In this document: in pieces, positions 23,931 to 36,345 of the stretch
Position numbering within the stretch: the stretch's first letter is position 1
How the letters are laid out: every line of letters begins with the position of its first letter
DNA from: Octopus sinensis
Taxonomy: Eukaryota
Length of the DNA stretch: 64,000 bases
Direction: 5' to 3'
Assembly: GCF_006345805.1 (NCBI RefSeq)
Contig: NC_042997.1
Location: 177,816,001 to 177,880,000 of the forward strand
The notes under the pieces: generated by a model
The model's input: the letters and a program-made list of their open reading frames with translations, nothing else
The model's database searches: none
What the model was told of the DNA's origin: nothing
Program-made: the position numbers and the translations under genes

Positions 23931-24914
23931 ACATAATTTTTTTGTTTCCTGCCAACTGTTTGCACCACATGTATCCCTGCTGTGTGGTCTTATGATCTGT
24001 TCTTAGCTATTTAACATACATATCTTATCACTGGAGACATGTTGTGCTTCAAAAAATTGCAGCAAACTTGTCCTACTCCACTTTGCCTACTTGCCTGACA
24101 AGTTAATCAAGTGAGAGAGAGAGAAAGTGGGGGACAACTTGATGACCCAGCAACTAATACAGCAAAGCTAAAGTACGAGTTTGCTTGATAATAGTGCAGA
24201 CACCAAACCTTCCAGTAGACAAATAGAGTAGATTGCGTAAGTGTTGCTCTTATCTTCAATTGGATATCAGCATTTCTTTTTCTTATCCCAAAGTTCTGTA
24301 TAGACATTCAATACAAGATATTCATTGCTCTGTATGTGAGAGCAAGAAAGAAAGACAGATAGCAAGACAGAGTGTGTGTGCGTATATTTACTTTGAATAA
24401 TTTAACCTCGATAAATTATATTTTCAAAAGTTCCTTTTTTTTCTGACTCATGCTGAGTCATTTTCTCCTTAACTTCCTAAATATATCCAACTTACTTTTT
24501 AACATATTTTTCTTGAAATACACAGCCTTTGTTTCACTTTACCCATCCTTATCACTCACTGCATTCACCTCTACCCCCATCTTTAACCAACTGTTACACC
24601 CCACTCACACTCGTATAAAAATATTCACTCTTTCATCCACTCTCATGACCCATTGTCTGTATAATCCCTTATGCTCACCCACTTGTATTTTGGGAGTTTG
24701 ATCGAGCACCCCACTACTGCCTTCCTTTTATCTCCAGCCATGTATCTCCGCTGTAGCAAGACACCTGTGCTTGTTCTTCTGTCATACTTTAGCCTTTCAA
24801 CACTTAGCATAAAGCCATCTTCTCTCAAATGCTCTCATCTTACTAATGCCAGCTTTTTCCTTTCTTTCTTTTTTTCTTGTTCTTTTTCTATCTTACAAGT
24901 TACACAGCAGCCTC

Positions 24915-25105
24915 ATTAGTGCTAGTGACATGAAAAAAAAAAGCACCCAGTACACTCTGTAAAATGGATGGCATTTGGAAAGACATCCAGCCACAGAAAC
25001 CATGCCAAAGCTGACACTGGAGCTTGATGCAACCTGGTAGCTCAACAAATCCTGACAAACTGTCTAACCCATGCCAACATGGAAAGTGGATGTTAAATGA
25101 TGATG
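24915..25105 (+). mobile_element. SINE family A, old
   Basis: Degenerate core and tail. Confidence 0.65.
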
Positions 25106-25349
25106 AATGAAGAATTTAGTAACATTATTTTGTCGTTATTAGGCAGGTGTTTGGAGCTTAATTATACACAAAATTTTGATGGAAGATATTAATATAGAAC
25201 ACTTTAAAATAGGAAGTCTGTATCATAGAAATAGAGGCAGGCTCAGGTGGCCTGGTATCAACAAGGTTAAATAACAATCTATCTATCTATATCTATCTAT
25301 AGCTCTACATTTGTATTTGTCCCCTCTGTGTTCAGCCTTGTGTGGCCAA

Positions 25350-25634
25350 TAAAGAAAGTTGTCTCTGTATCTATGTATCTATCTCTGTATCTATCTGTCT
25401 ATATCTGTCTGTCTATCTATCTGTCTATATCTCTCTATCTCTATCTATCTGTCTATATCTTTCTATTTCTATCTATCTATCTAGCTATATCTGTCTATAT
25501 CTCTCTGTCTCTCTATCTCTATGTATCTTTCTATATCTATCTGTATCTACCTATCAACCTATCTATCTGTATCTACCTACCTATCTATATCTACCTACCT
25601 ATCTATCTTTATCTATCTATCTATCTATCTATCT

Positions 25635-25672
<38 letters not shown>

Positions 25673-25705
25673 GTCTGTCTGTCTATCTGACTGCCTATCT
25701 ATCTC
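25350..25705. repeat. (TCTA/TATC)n compound microsatellite, ~350 bp
   Basis: Directly visible; source of the YLSI ORFs. Confidence 0.95.
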
Positions 25706-26144
25706 CCTCTCTCAATACTTAACAGGTGTCACTGACTGTCCAACTGAGAACTATGTAACAACCATCACATCACCTGAAAGACAACTGTGAAGAAAGGACA
25801 ACAAAAGGTGCTTTTCTGCATTACAAGGTCTACAAGCCCTCAAATTGCCAAAACTGAAACTGAACATTTGATTCCCATGCAGAAAGGGGGCTCTTGTTAT
25901 CTCTATAGTATCTTCTTAAACATTACACTTAATAAAAATGTAACAATCCATCAGATAAAATAATGACTGTTGCTGCCCACTTTCTCCTTCCAACAACAGA
26001 CTGCACACACACACCTTTATAGTTTTGTGATATCTCCAATACAGTAACTTCTGTATATTAATGGCCTATTTGCTGATACTATTAATCACACACACACTAA
26101 TTGTACTGAGATCACTATTAGTTGCCCTCCTCTCCCCGAAAATT

Positions 26145-26560
26145 GCATGAGCAGTAGTAGAATTGTTAGAGCATCAAATAAGACCTTGTGGTGTTTAATT
26201 ACAACACTATTCTGAGTTCAAATGCTGTCAGGGACAATTTTATCTTTCATTCCTGTAGGGCTCAATAAACTGAGTACCAGTTGAACACTGGGAGCAAAAT
26301 AATCAACTAACTCCTCCCTTAAATTTAGGGGCTTTTACTTCAATAAGAAATCATTTAAGTCAGAATTGATATAGCATTAAAAAAATTGCTTTGTGGTGTT
26401 TGTTCCTGACTTCAAATCCTGCTTAGGCCAACTTTATCCTTTCATCCCTTTGGATCAATAAAATGAAGTAGTTGTCAAGTACTGGGATCAATGGTTATTG
26501 ACTTACACCCACCCTTTGAAATTGTTTGCCTTGTGCTTACATTAGAAACAATAAAGGAAG
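26145..26560 (+). mobile_element. Two old SINE family C copies (a third at ~26815-27000)
   Basis: Degenerate ttctgagttcaaat...ctttcat...agtaccag cores. Confidence 0.6.
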
Positions 26561-26576
26561 CAAGCTGACAGAATCA

Positions 26577-26805
26577 TTAACCCTTTAGTGTTCAGATTAT
26601 TCTGTCAAATGTGATGTTTGTTTATTCATATTGTTTTGAATTAATCATGTATTATCTTGTAGTTTAGAGATTGCAGTGATGTGATTTTTTTAGTTTTAGA
26701 ATGACATGGTAGGGCTGAGGTAAGAGGCAAGCTCTGGTCAGTTTCAATATAAAACAGGTTAAATATTCTGGCCAGATATGGCCGATTTGAATGCTAAAGG
26801 GTTAA
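26577..26805. mobile_element. piggyBac-like MITE with TTAA TSD (relatives at ~33705-33917 and ~47080-47238)
   Basis: TTAA|ccctttag ... ctaaaggg|TTAA. Confidence 0.85.
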
Positions 26806-27017
26806 AGCATTGAAAAAATGTCTCAAAGCACTTGTTTTGGGATCTTTACAGTCTTAGTTCAAATTCCTCAAGGATCAACTTTTCCATTCATTTTTCAGGG
26901 TCAATAAAATAAAGTACCAGTGGAGTACTGGAATCAATGAACCCAAACTACTCCCTGCCCTTCAAAATTGTTGTTCTTATGCTTAAATCAGGAGCAATTA
27001 TTATTATTATTATTATT

Positions 27018-27285
27018 TAGGCGGCAAGCTGGCAAAATCATTAGCACACCAGGCAAAATGCTTAGCAGCATTTTGTCTGTCAGTACATTCTGAGTTAGCA
27101 CACTGGGCAAAATGTTTAGCGACCTTTCATCTGTCTTTATGTTCTGAGTTCAAATTCCACCAAGGTCAACTTATCCTTTCAGGGTCTATAAATTAAGTAC
27201 CAGTGAAACACTGGGTTCGATGTAATCGATTAGGCCCCTTCTCCAAATTTCAGGCCTTGTGCCTTAAGTAGAAAGAATTATTATT
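27018..27285 (+). mobile_element. SINE family C with duplicated head segment
   Basis: aggcggcaagctggc head, repeated ttagcacac.gggcaaaatg segment, core. Confidence 0.85.
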
Positions 27286-27964
27286 ATTATTATTATTATT
27301 ATTAGTTGTTGTTTTGTCAGTATACATGCAATGACAAGCAAAGACTTAAAATGCTGTTAAGTAAAAGAAGAAAAACAAGAGATACAGTTAAAAAGAAGTA
27401 ATAAGCAAAGTTTAGAAAATGTGTTAATAACAAGCATCAAAAGAAATAATCTACAAATTTTTATTTTTAACATTTAAAATCCAAAATATATAAAAATATT
27501 CAACTTCAAAGTTATTAAACCTATCAAGGAGTCTCTGTATAATTGCTCAGCCAGTTAAATCTCGCTCAAACTATCAGTTTGAAAAAGAGAGAGGGACACA
27601 TTGGATAATGTTATCCTAGATGTGCAATAAGCACGAGAAAAACACGGTTGTCATGGCTGAAACACCTTTTGTCATAAGACTGCTTGATCAGGGATAATGA
27701 CCTGGGGTTAAACAACAACTTAAATAAAATTTTAAAAAAAGATAAAATGAAAATATAAATAAAATAGATTGGGCTTAAAAAGGAGTTCATTTTAATAAGT
27801 TTTCTTTGAGAAAAACTATCAGAGTTATAGCAGGGGAGTGATGTTGTGACTTTCATGTTTTTCTCAAGAGTGATGTTGATGAAGTGAAATATTTAAAAAC
27901 CAAGAACTGAGACTTAATTACAGATTAAGCTCACCTGGAATTTACTTCCATTCATAAGCATTCA

Positions 27965-28130
27965 ATATGCAAGAATGGCCAAATGCTTAAGAATTTTGCT
28001 TTGCATTCAGCAGGTCCCTGGTTCTATCATTCTGCACAACACCTTGGGCAAGTGTCCTCCTTTACTCTAATCTTGACCAACCCAAGCTTTGTGAATGAAA
28101 TTAGAAAGATGGAAACTGTGTGGAAGCCCA
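27965..28130 (+). mobile_element. SINE family B head, degenerate
   Basis: caccttgggcaagtgtc...gatggaaactgtgtggaagccc. Confidence 0.6.
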
Positions 28131-29238
28131 ATGAATGATATGTACAAGAAATTCAAAGAGCAATATCTAGCAAAGTTTAGTTAGGGATTATATTTAAAGA
28201 TGCAAGAGTCTTCAGAATACTCAACCGCCAGCACTAGAAGTACTGGACTACTCACAATTAAGTGGGTCGTCCAGAAAACTTCTTGCGGAAATCAACTGAG
28301 GATCCAGTTACACTTTGCTTTACATTCTTCATATCCAAACAGGTCATTTGTTTTTCAGGTTATCTCAAGAAAGATTCTCAAAAATTTTTTTGACTTAATT
28401 GCATTTCAAATTATTTCAATGAATTTGGATATAATGTGAATTCTTTTGGCCATCAGAGAAATTTGTTAAGAGATTAAAATAGCTAACTACAATCAGTCAA
28501 CAAATGTACATAATGTACATACTTCTCCCATATTTGATTTAGATTATCTCACCTGAGTTTTAGATTATCTAACCAGAGACCCCACTACCTTAATCCTACA
28601 TGACTGCTCAAACCCACCCCATATTTAGATTACAACCTCATTATTGCATGAAGTCTAAATTAGTGAATAATTCTACCATACTGTTCTACAAGAAAGAATC
28701 TTTTTTTTCCCCAAACACCAGAAGTTATGAGTTATTATTTTCATAAACCATTCCAAATTCTGAAATTATTTTGAAAATTAATCAGGACCTGCGACAAATT
28801 TCTCTAATTATTTTGATCAAAAACATGATCATAAAAGAGTTAGGGGCCAGGTTTTAAAATACTTTTTTTAATTTGCTCTGTAATGCTGAACAATAAAAGA
28901 GATCCACTTTCCATGCGTTGTTCAGTTTGTGAAGGACTGAATTACGAAAGGGACCAACACCAGGGAGCAAAAGCTCAGTTTTCAATGAGCCAAATACAAG
29001 GCTTAATCAGAACAGTTTCACTTCCTGCACAATGTTAATAATATCTTCAGTTAATTAAGGCATGAACATCACAATTATTTCTCATCTCTCCTAGAGGCCA
29101 ATCTAAGAACTTGAAAAAAAAAAACTACATAATTTATGCAAACAACTAAATTTGCGGAACTTCCCAACACATGCTTATATGTAAGCAAATGCATATACCC
29201 ACAAAAATCTAAAATTATTAAATGAATAAATTACGTAC

Positions 29239-29341
29239 CAGACTCCACATAAGTATCTTCTACATTGGATACTTTTTTATCCAAAATTGATATATTATCT
29301 GTCATTATAGGAAGACCACTTCCTTCCCATATAGACTCCAT
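29239..29341 (-). CDS. DEF8: DEF8-like first coding exon (MESIWEGSGLPIMTDNISILDKKVSNVEDTYVES)
   Basis: Minus-strand acceptor tacttttttcag| (exon starts 29358), in-frame stop then ATG in cAggATGG context, donor TG|gtacgt in phase 1 matching the exon at 17563. No homology evidence for this segment itself. Confidence 0.65.
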
Positions 29342-29749
29342 CCTGATGAGGCATCAACCTGAAAAAAGTAGATTTTCAAATGTTAGAGAATAATAAACCT
29401 CAGTACATTTACAAAACATTCTGAAAATTCCTAAATTTGCAACATATTAGAACATAAAACAAGAATAATATTATATACTTAAAACAATAGAGAATATGAA
29501 ATTGGCTCTTTGACATTGAATGTATTTCATTAAGTGTTTTGGTCAGACCACCTTGGTTTGGGCACTAACAATTATTAACAGGGAACAGGATTACATGTTA
29601 AAGACATATTAAAAGACATCCTAACAGACGCTGCCTGTTTAGAAGGCCACAGAAAAAAAGAAGGACTATTGATGTTTGAATAAACTCAGTGCAGTAGATT
29701 AACAGAATTGGTAGAGCAACAGACAAAACACCAGGTGGTATTTAGTTGT

Positions 29750-29990
29750 GTAGGCGGAGAGCTGGCAGAAACGTTAACACGCCAGGTGAAATGCATAGCC
29801 GTATTTCGTCTGCCGTTACATTTTGAGTTCAAATTCCGCCAAGGTCGACTTTGCCTTTCATCCTTTCAGGGTCGATTAAATAAGTACCAGTTACTCAGTG
29901 GGGTTGATATAATCGACTTAATCCGTTTGTCTGTCCTTGTTTGTCCTCTCTGTGTTTAGCCCCTTGTGGGTAGTAAAGAAATAGGTATTA
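29750..29990 (+). mobile_element. SINE family C, full length
   Basis: Head, core and tail ending gtaaagaaataggtatt. Confidence 0.92.
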
Positions 29991-30087
29991 AGTTGTGTAC
30001 TTTTATGTTATGAGTTCAAATTTCTCAGTCCAATGGTCAGTTTCACAAGATGTATAAAATAAGTAATAGCTGATACTTATTGGAAAG

Positions 30088-30355
30088 GTCACATGGTCTA
30101 GTGGTTATAATGCTGCACTCATGAGCACAATGTCATGGTTTCAATTCATAGACTGGGTAGTATGATGTGCTCTTGAACAAAACACTTCACACATTGCTCT
30201 GCAATCTCTGCAGCAACTGAGGTGTGGTACACTGAGCACCTGTTCAGGCAACATCTGTTTGAAGGAGGCAGCAAGCTAATTAATGTACAACACATACATT
30301 TGATCACCATAAACAAACCACTTGTGTAGGTTGTCCAGCAAAAACTGAACATTCA
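30088..30355 (+). mobile_element. SINE family E
   Basis: tggtctagtggtta A box; gtgctcttgaacaaaacactt core. Confidence 0.65.
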
Positions 30356-30711
30356 TAAATCAACTTAGATGGGAGAGTCCATCAATTTGATATAGGGAGA
30401 GGAAGCTAATTAACTTAAATTTCCACCACCTCCAAATGCAAGGCCTTGCACCTGCCTATATCACAAATCAATAATATTTGAATGCACCAAAAGATACATA
30501 AGATTTAGCAATCTTGCTAATCATATGCCAGAACAAAGTGATTTAAATGGCTCGACAAAAATAATACATTTGCACATAAAAAAAAAACATCAACACCATA
30601 TTTCCAAGTTGTACTTGTTTGTCAAGTGGCCTGATGTGAGACCATGTATTCACAATGAAACTATTACATCATGAAAGACACTTCTTAGTCATTTAACACA
30701 CAAAGACTTAT

Positions 30712-30924
30712 TCTTTTATACTTTTATTTGTTTCAGTCATTTGACTGCAGCCATGCTGGAGCACCGCCTTTAGTCGAACAAATTGACCCTAGGACTTATT
30801 CTTTGTAAGCCTAATACTTATTCTAGCAGTCTGTTTTGCCAAACCGCTAAGTTACAGGGATGTAAACACACCAACATCAGTTGTCAAGTGATGATGGAGG
30901 GGACAAACACTGGCACACAAACAT

Positions 30925-30935
<11 letters not shown>
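30712..30935 (-). mobile_element. SINE family B tail half (head half at ~32575-32645)
   Basis: The two halves are separated by insertions in the internal (TA)n. Confidence 0.8.
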
Positions 30936-30976
<41 letters not shown>

Positions 30977-31169
30977 AAATACAAAATGGGGCAAGAATGC
31001 AAAGCGGGACAACAAAACATCCAGATAGACGATACAAAAAAACGTGGACGGGTCATTCGAAGCCTTTTATCTTCAGTCAAGAACTGGATCATCTTCGCAA
31101 TTTCGGCTGATTAATCTTATATATATATATTTGTTAAAAAATAATGTGTTTTGAATGGCACAGAACATC

Positions 31170-32000
31170 CCAACAACACTGGATCACTATTGCTACTTAA
31201 CTTCTAACTGAAAATAATGGAAGAAGGGGAGATCCAAACCAAGTTCTACAGGAAAGCAGCCAATTAGAGATATGTTTGTCCAGTACAGTTCAGTACTTCC
31301 ACTTGGTGCCAAAATAGGATATGCCAGAAATGAACTTGCACGCATCCAGAGCAAGTGCAGCAGGACAGATGACAAGGTGACCCACACTACATGCCTCCTA
31401 GAAATATTGAAAACCAACGGGTACCCGATATCCATTGTAAATCAGCTTAAGTACCTAAGATGACCAACATGCCAAACACACAGAAAACCCAGCAACACAT
31501 GCTTCCTTAAAATACCCCATTTTAGCAAGAGGGTAACTACAGCCATCTGAAGAGCCATAAGAAGAGAAGGACTAGACATACAACGAGCCCACTCCAGCCC
31601 CTCTCTGAGAAGACCCCTTGCAAAGAAATGAGCAAGGGACAGCAATCAATGCACACAATGCAAACTGTTCCATCCGTGACACAGATTTATGCCAATGGGT
31701 AAATGTTGTGTATAGAATACAGTGTAACAAATGCAACAAGGTCTATGTGGGTAGCACAACAAGACTGTTACACGTTTGTATCAAAGAACATCTGAACATG
31801 AGAGCCTCCTCCTTCAGAAAACACCTAGACAGATGCCGGAACACCAACAAAAGCATAACAGTCACAATTGAAGCCAATGAAAGAAATTTGGGTAATCTAA
31901 GAATTAAGGAAGCTATCCTCATAGACAGACTAGGGCCCCAAATTAACAACAGGCAAGAGGTCAGCAATCAATATATTATTTAGCTACATCTGGATGCATG
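31170..32000 (+). mobile_element. Penelope-like element relic: RT thumb/C-terminal domain and GIY-YIG endonuclease
   Basis: IQTKFYRK...LPLGAKIGYARNELARIQSKCS...LKTNGYP; VVYRIQCNKCNKVYVGSTTRLLHVCIKEH...LRIKEAILI...PQINN (GIY-YIG); contains stops and a frameshift. Confidence 0.9.
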
Positions 32001-32398
32001 TAGGTTCATTTTTGATAATATGCTTATGTATTATTTATAAAAATAAAGAAAGAAGGCGAAAAAAGGAAACTGCATGTATAATACATAACTTAGAAGCAGC
32101 ACTACGGATGTGCCAGCACACACAAGCTTGAGACATGAGAAATTCTGGGAGGAGCTTCGTGAGACCACTACAGAAACGCTTCCAGAAAAAAAAAAAAAAC
32201 CATTGGAAAACTGATTACAGCAGTGACTCAATCAATTCCTAGGGATATCTGAAGAAGGAATTTTTATATTCTGAAATATTATATCAGACTATGGATGATT
32301 AAATTATAACAGTTATTATAGTCCATTGTTATGCCATTCAAAACACATTATATTTTACAAACAATACACAATGCTTCAAGTAAACTACAATACTCTGC

Positions 32399-32429
<31 letters not shown>

Positions 32430-32541
32430 AATCAATATAGGGTGGCAAAAAATTTTGCAGAACTTTTTTGCCACCAGCGGCCTAGTGGGAAAAAAGTAAA
32501 TAGTGGGTTGAATGGCCTATTATGGCCGTTCCTTAATTTTG

Positions 32542-32580
<39 letters not shown>

Positions 32581-34086
32581 CACACATATACATACATACA
32601 CAAAGGGCTTCTTTCAGTTTCCATCTACCAAATCTACTCACAAATTTTTATACCAATATCTCCACCTTGTAATTTCTTTCCAATGAATTTATTATTCCAG
32701 TCACATCTTTTATTGGAGCGGTTAATATTTTTAATTAACCAGTATTACTGAAAAACTGTCTGGAAAGGTTTCAGATTTAAACTCATGCACAACTAATCAG
32801 CACTTCTCACTTGAAGTAGTAGTTTCCTGTTTAGTTCATCTGGTACTTAAGTGACATAAAATTAATGAATGTGGAAAACCTCAATCTTAAGATGATCTGA
32901 ACTACTGAACCAACAGCTCAAAACTTGTTACTAACAAATATATATTCCAGTGGACCCACTTCTGTACTAGCTAGTTCACTCAAGTTTTATATATGTAGTA
33001 TTTCCTGACTATCATATTGCAAATATTCCATGCATTGCTGAACACAAATTCAACAACATGTAAAGTCAGACCATTTTATGTCTAATACCGGATGCTGGAT
33101 TGGCAGAATAAATAAAGCACTGAAGAAAATGCTTGAAGATAATCATTAATGTCTCTTTATGTTGTGAGTTCAAATCTCACTGGTGCTTGACTTTAGTTTT
33201 CATCCTTTTGATAAAATGAATAAAAAAAAAATGTCACAAGAAAAACTTCGATAAAATTATCTTTATTTAATGTTTTCCATTTAATGTTATTGCTTTACTT
33301 AAGATAGTGAATAAAATGTGATATTTTTCAAATATCTGTGATGCTTTTGTATAAATAGCATTGTAATTGTATTCATGTGCATTGCTTATTAATATATGAC
33401 TTAAAAATGCTTATTAATATGTGCTCTCAGATTTATCCTAGCTCAGAACCACAACCTATTATACCACCATAAAAAGTATTAATATCTATATGAATATGGC
33501 TCAACCAATCAGCACTGGCTGACTTATTATGGGCAATACAGCAAACTTTAAATAAAACATGGGAGCTTTCAACTAGCTTGATCAAAGGTTCTAGAAAATT
33601 TGACTTACGGTTATAAAATGTTGACAAATTCAACCACAGATTAAAGCAACTCAGCAGTTACTTTGTTCAGTGAGGTGGTCTATCACTCTCTTTCACTTCT
33701 TATTTAATCCTCAACTATTTAAACTGGCCATATCAGGCCAAAATACTCTACTTGTTTTATTTTCACACTGGTCTCTCACACTTATCCTAAAATATCATTC
33801 TAGAAATAACCATGTCATTGAAATCTCAAAGCTACAAAGTAATGCATGACTAATTCAAAACAATGTGAATAAAAAAGCATTACATTTGACAGAGAAGTCT
33901 GAATACTAAAGGGTTAACATGCTTATGTCATGTTCAACAAAAGGTAACACTCTTGAATTGTATTTGAGTCATGCACACATTGCAGTAACCTTAACTTTTT
34001 CTACTTATTTGGCCTTCCACATTCCACCTCAGTGTATTTTAGATATGATTACTATCAATATGCTCTAGTTAAGTTTTGGAGCAAGA

Positions 34087-34366
34087 GTTCCTTATCGAGC
34101 CATGCCTGGCTCATAAGGGCCAGTTTCCCGGTTTCCTTGGCATATAGGGTCCCCACCTGGACGGGACGCCAGTCCGTTGCAGGAGGAAAGAGTGAGAGAA
34201 AGTTGTGGCAAAAGAGTCAGCAGAAGTTTGCCATTACCTTCTGCCAGAGTCACGTGGAGCTTAGCTGTTTCGCTCATAAACACACACATCGCCCGGTCTG
34301 AGATTCGAATCTGCGATCCCTCGACCGCGAGTCCGCTGCTCTAACCACTAGGCCATGTGCCTCCAC
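34087..34366 (-). mobile_element. Young tRNA-headed SINE
   Basis: Minus strand gtggaggcacatggcctagtggttagagcagcggactcgcggtcgaggg...gattcgaatctc (A and B boxes), followed by a non-tRNA body. Confidence 0.85.
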
Positions 34367-34540
34367 TTTGGAGCAAGACATAAATTAAGTAACAAGAAAC
34401 CTAGTTATATCACCTGAAGAGTAACTTCTGCCTTGCAGGGTACATTGGAATTCATTGTATAGTTTCCCACCCATGAGAGAATGGTACCAAAATGATCATT
34501 GTAATAAATAAACTTTCTAGTATTTTCTATCTTCCGTATC

Positions 34541-35729
34541 ACTGACTGATCCATGTATCTTGTTTTGTCCTGTTTGCTGTTGTCATGCTATCATCCTTTT
34601 TTCTGCAGGTTGTGTTTCGATTGCTTCCATTTGTGGTGTTTTTTTCTGTTCTACCTTTGATTTATTCATGCACTGCTATGTACAACTTGTTAACTTTGTA
34701 AAAAAGATACTCCTTGAATATCATGTACAACTCTCATCCTCTTTTCCTCGCCCTTCTCCCTTCCTCTTCTCTCTCTGTTTCTCTTTTTCTCCCTTTACCT
34801 CTCTGTCTATCCTTTCCCCCCTCTCTCTTATTCTTCAATCTATTTTGCTTTCCTTCCCCACTTACCTCCTTGTACCTTTCTTCTCTCTCCCCCTTTCTCT
34901 CATTCTTTGGTCCCTCTGATTTCTTGCCCCTCTGTCCTATTCCTTAGTCCCTCTGTCCTCTTCAACTCCTGTCCTCCCCTACCACATGATTGCTGTCCGG
35001 TTCAGACATTGTCATCCTTCTTTAGCTGGCCGCCTTTGAGGCCGGTTACATCTGTTCTGTTCTGTCTCCCGATCTGTTAAGATTTTTCCATTTCCGCCTC
35101 ATCTGGCACCTGTGTCGGTGGCACATAAAATCATCCACTACACTCTCGGAGTGGTTGGCGTTAGGAAGGGCATCCAGCTGTAGAAACACTGCCAGATCTG
35201 ACTGGCCTGGTGCAGCCTTCGGGCTCCCCAGACTTCAGTTGAACCGTCCAACCCATGCTAGCATGGAAAGCGGACGTTAAATGATGATGATGATGATGAT
35301 TTTCCTTGTGCTAGCTTACTACACTCGTCTGAGACCCTGTTTGTTTGTTTTACTTCTGCTGTAACTGTATAATTATTTTCCTTTTGTTGTATAACTGAAA
35401 GGCGTTTGTCCATTGTATATGAATCATTTTATTTCATATGTTATGTCTTTCCGATAGTCAAAAGATCCTCTCAGCTGTTTACTTATTTGTTTTCATATAT
35501 GTACATCAATTTGTCTTGCCCAGAGGCTTAATGCTTTTAGCTTAAGTCCCTGGCCTGCCGGTTTCGAGTAGTATTGGTGATAAATAAGCGAAACTACATG
35601 GACATCCCGGACTCCAACTGAAGAGGCAACTGACTGCAAATGATCTATGTATCTTGTTTTGTCCTGTTTGCCACTGTCGTGCTATCATCCTTTTTCCCCG
35701 CATATTGTGTTTTTCCTGTTCTACCTTTG

Positions 35730-35735
<6 letters not shown>
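34541..35735 (+). mobile_element. Direct-repeat-bounded decayed element, possibly PLE-derived
   Basis: ~110-bp direct repeats (34541-34660, 35627-35735) around a pyrimidine-rich tract; a SINE A is inserted inside. Confidence 0.5.
35096..35300 (+). mobile_element. SINE family A
   Basis: Nearly identical to the 3' part of the copy at 4042. Confidence 0.9.
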
Positions 35736-35782
<47 letters not shown>

Positions 35783-35785
<3 letters not shown>

Positions 35786-35960
35786 AGAATTCACGAAAAA
35801 AACAAAAGACGAAGGCAGGTGGTGGAGAAAACAAACAGATGTATTAGTATAACGCTTGGGAATTGAAAAAAGTCTGTTACGTTTCGAGCCTACGCTCTTC
35901 CACAGAAAAAAAACACAGAAAGAAACAAGGAGAGAAAAAAATGTGTGTAGTGGCTACTGA
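35783..35960 (-). mobile_element. Short PLE-like element abutting (TA)n, with hammerhead-like core
   Basis: Same family as 62576-62738 and the tail at 1-27; minus strand CTGTGGAagagcgtaggctcGAAACGTA. Confidence 0.75.
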
Positions 35961-36203
35961 CACATACCTCTCAAACATATTACAATAAAGTGTTCCCTGA
36001 TGATCCGTTGTGGTTCAGCATTTAATGGCACATGAAACTGAGGTTACAAATAGCTACAATGGTGAAACGTGCTACAGCAACAACTGATATAAACTAGTGT
36101 TTATCATGATTCATTATAATATATCAAACTACCAATTAAGCTAAACTCCCTACTGACAAATTAATCAGCAATGTTATAGCGCTGCGTGTATGTATGTTCT
36201 CAC

Positions 36204-36345
36204 TGTCCTGTTCTTGTTACCACTTTCACACTCCGCAAAAAATCCCAAATGTTATTTAATTTGCTTTGCGGGAAGGACTGTTTCAACGAAGTCGCGTATT
36301 GTCCTTGCCTTCGTAACGTGGAGTAGATGAAACAGGGACAACTGA
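36204..36345 (-). promoter_or_regulatory. Putative DEF8 TSS and non-coding first exon
   Basis: Inr-like TCAGTT (36345-36340, minus strand), possible donors at 36220 (gtaaca) or 36203 (gtgaga), at the edge of the CpG-rich zone. The coding exon at 29358 has an acceptor, so an upstream exon is required. Confidence 0.3.

Noticed and set aside
24500-24860. Possible old LINE fragment on the minus strand (similar hints at 19740-19920, 53190-53480 and 54850-55340)
   Set aside because: Too degenerate to assign motifs confidently by eye.
28256-28295. Cryptic minus-strand exon with a gtgagt donor (LISARSFLDDPLN)
   Set aside because: Weak acceptor, and phase 0-1 is incompatible with the flanking phase 1-1 DEF8 exons.
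31030-31110. CTGAAGA and GAAA on the minus strand of the short element at 30972-31110
   Set aside because: The order and stems could not be assembled into a hammerhead fold.
34290-34366. Possible tRNA gene (also 13550-13620)
   Set aside because: A and B boxes are present, but the 3' acceptor strand is missing and the sequence continues into a SINE body.
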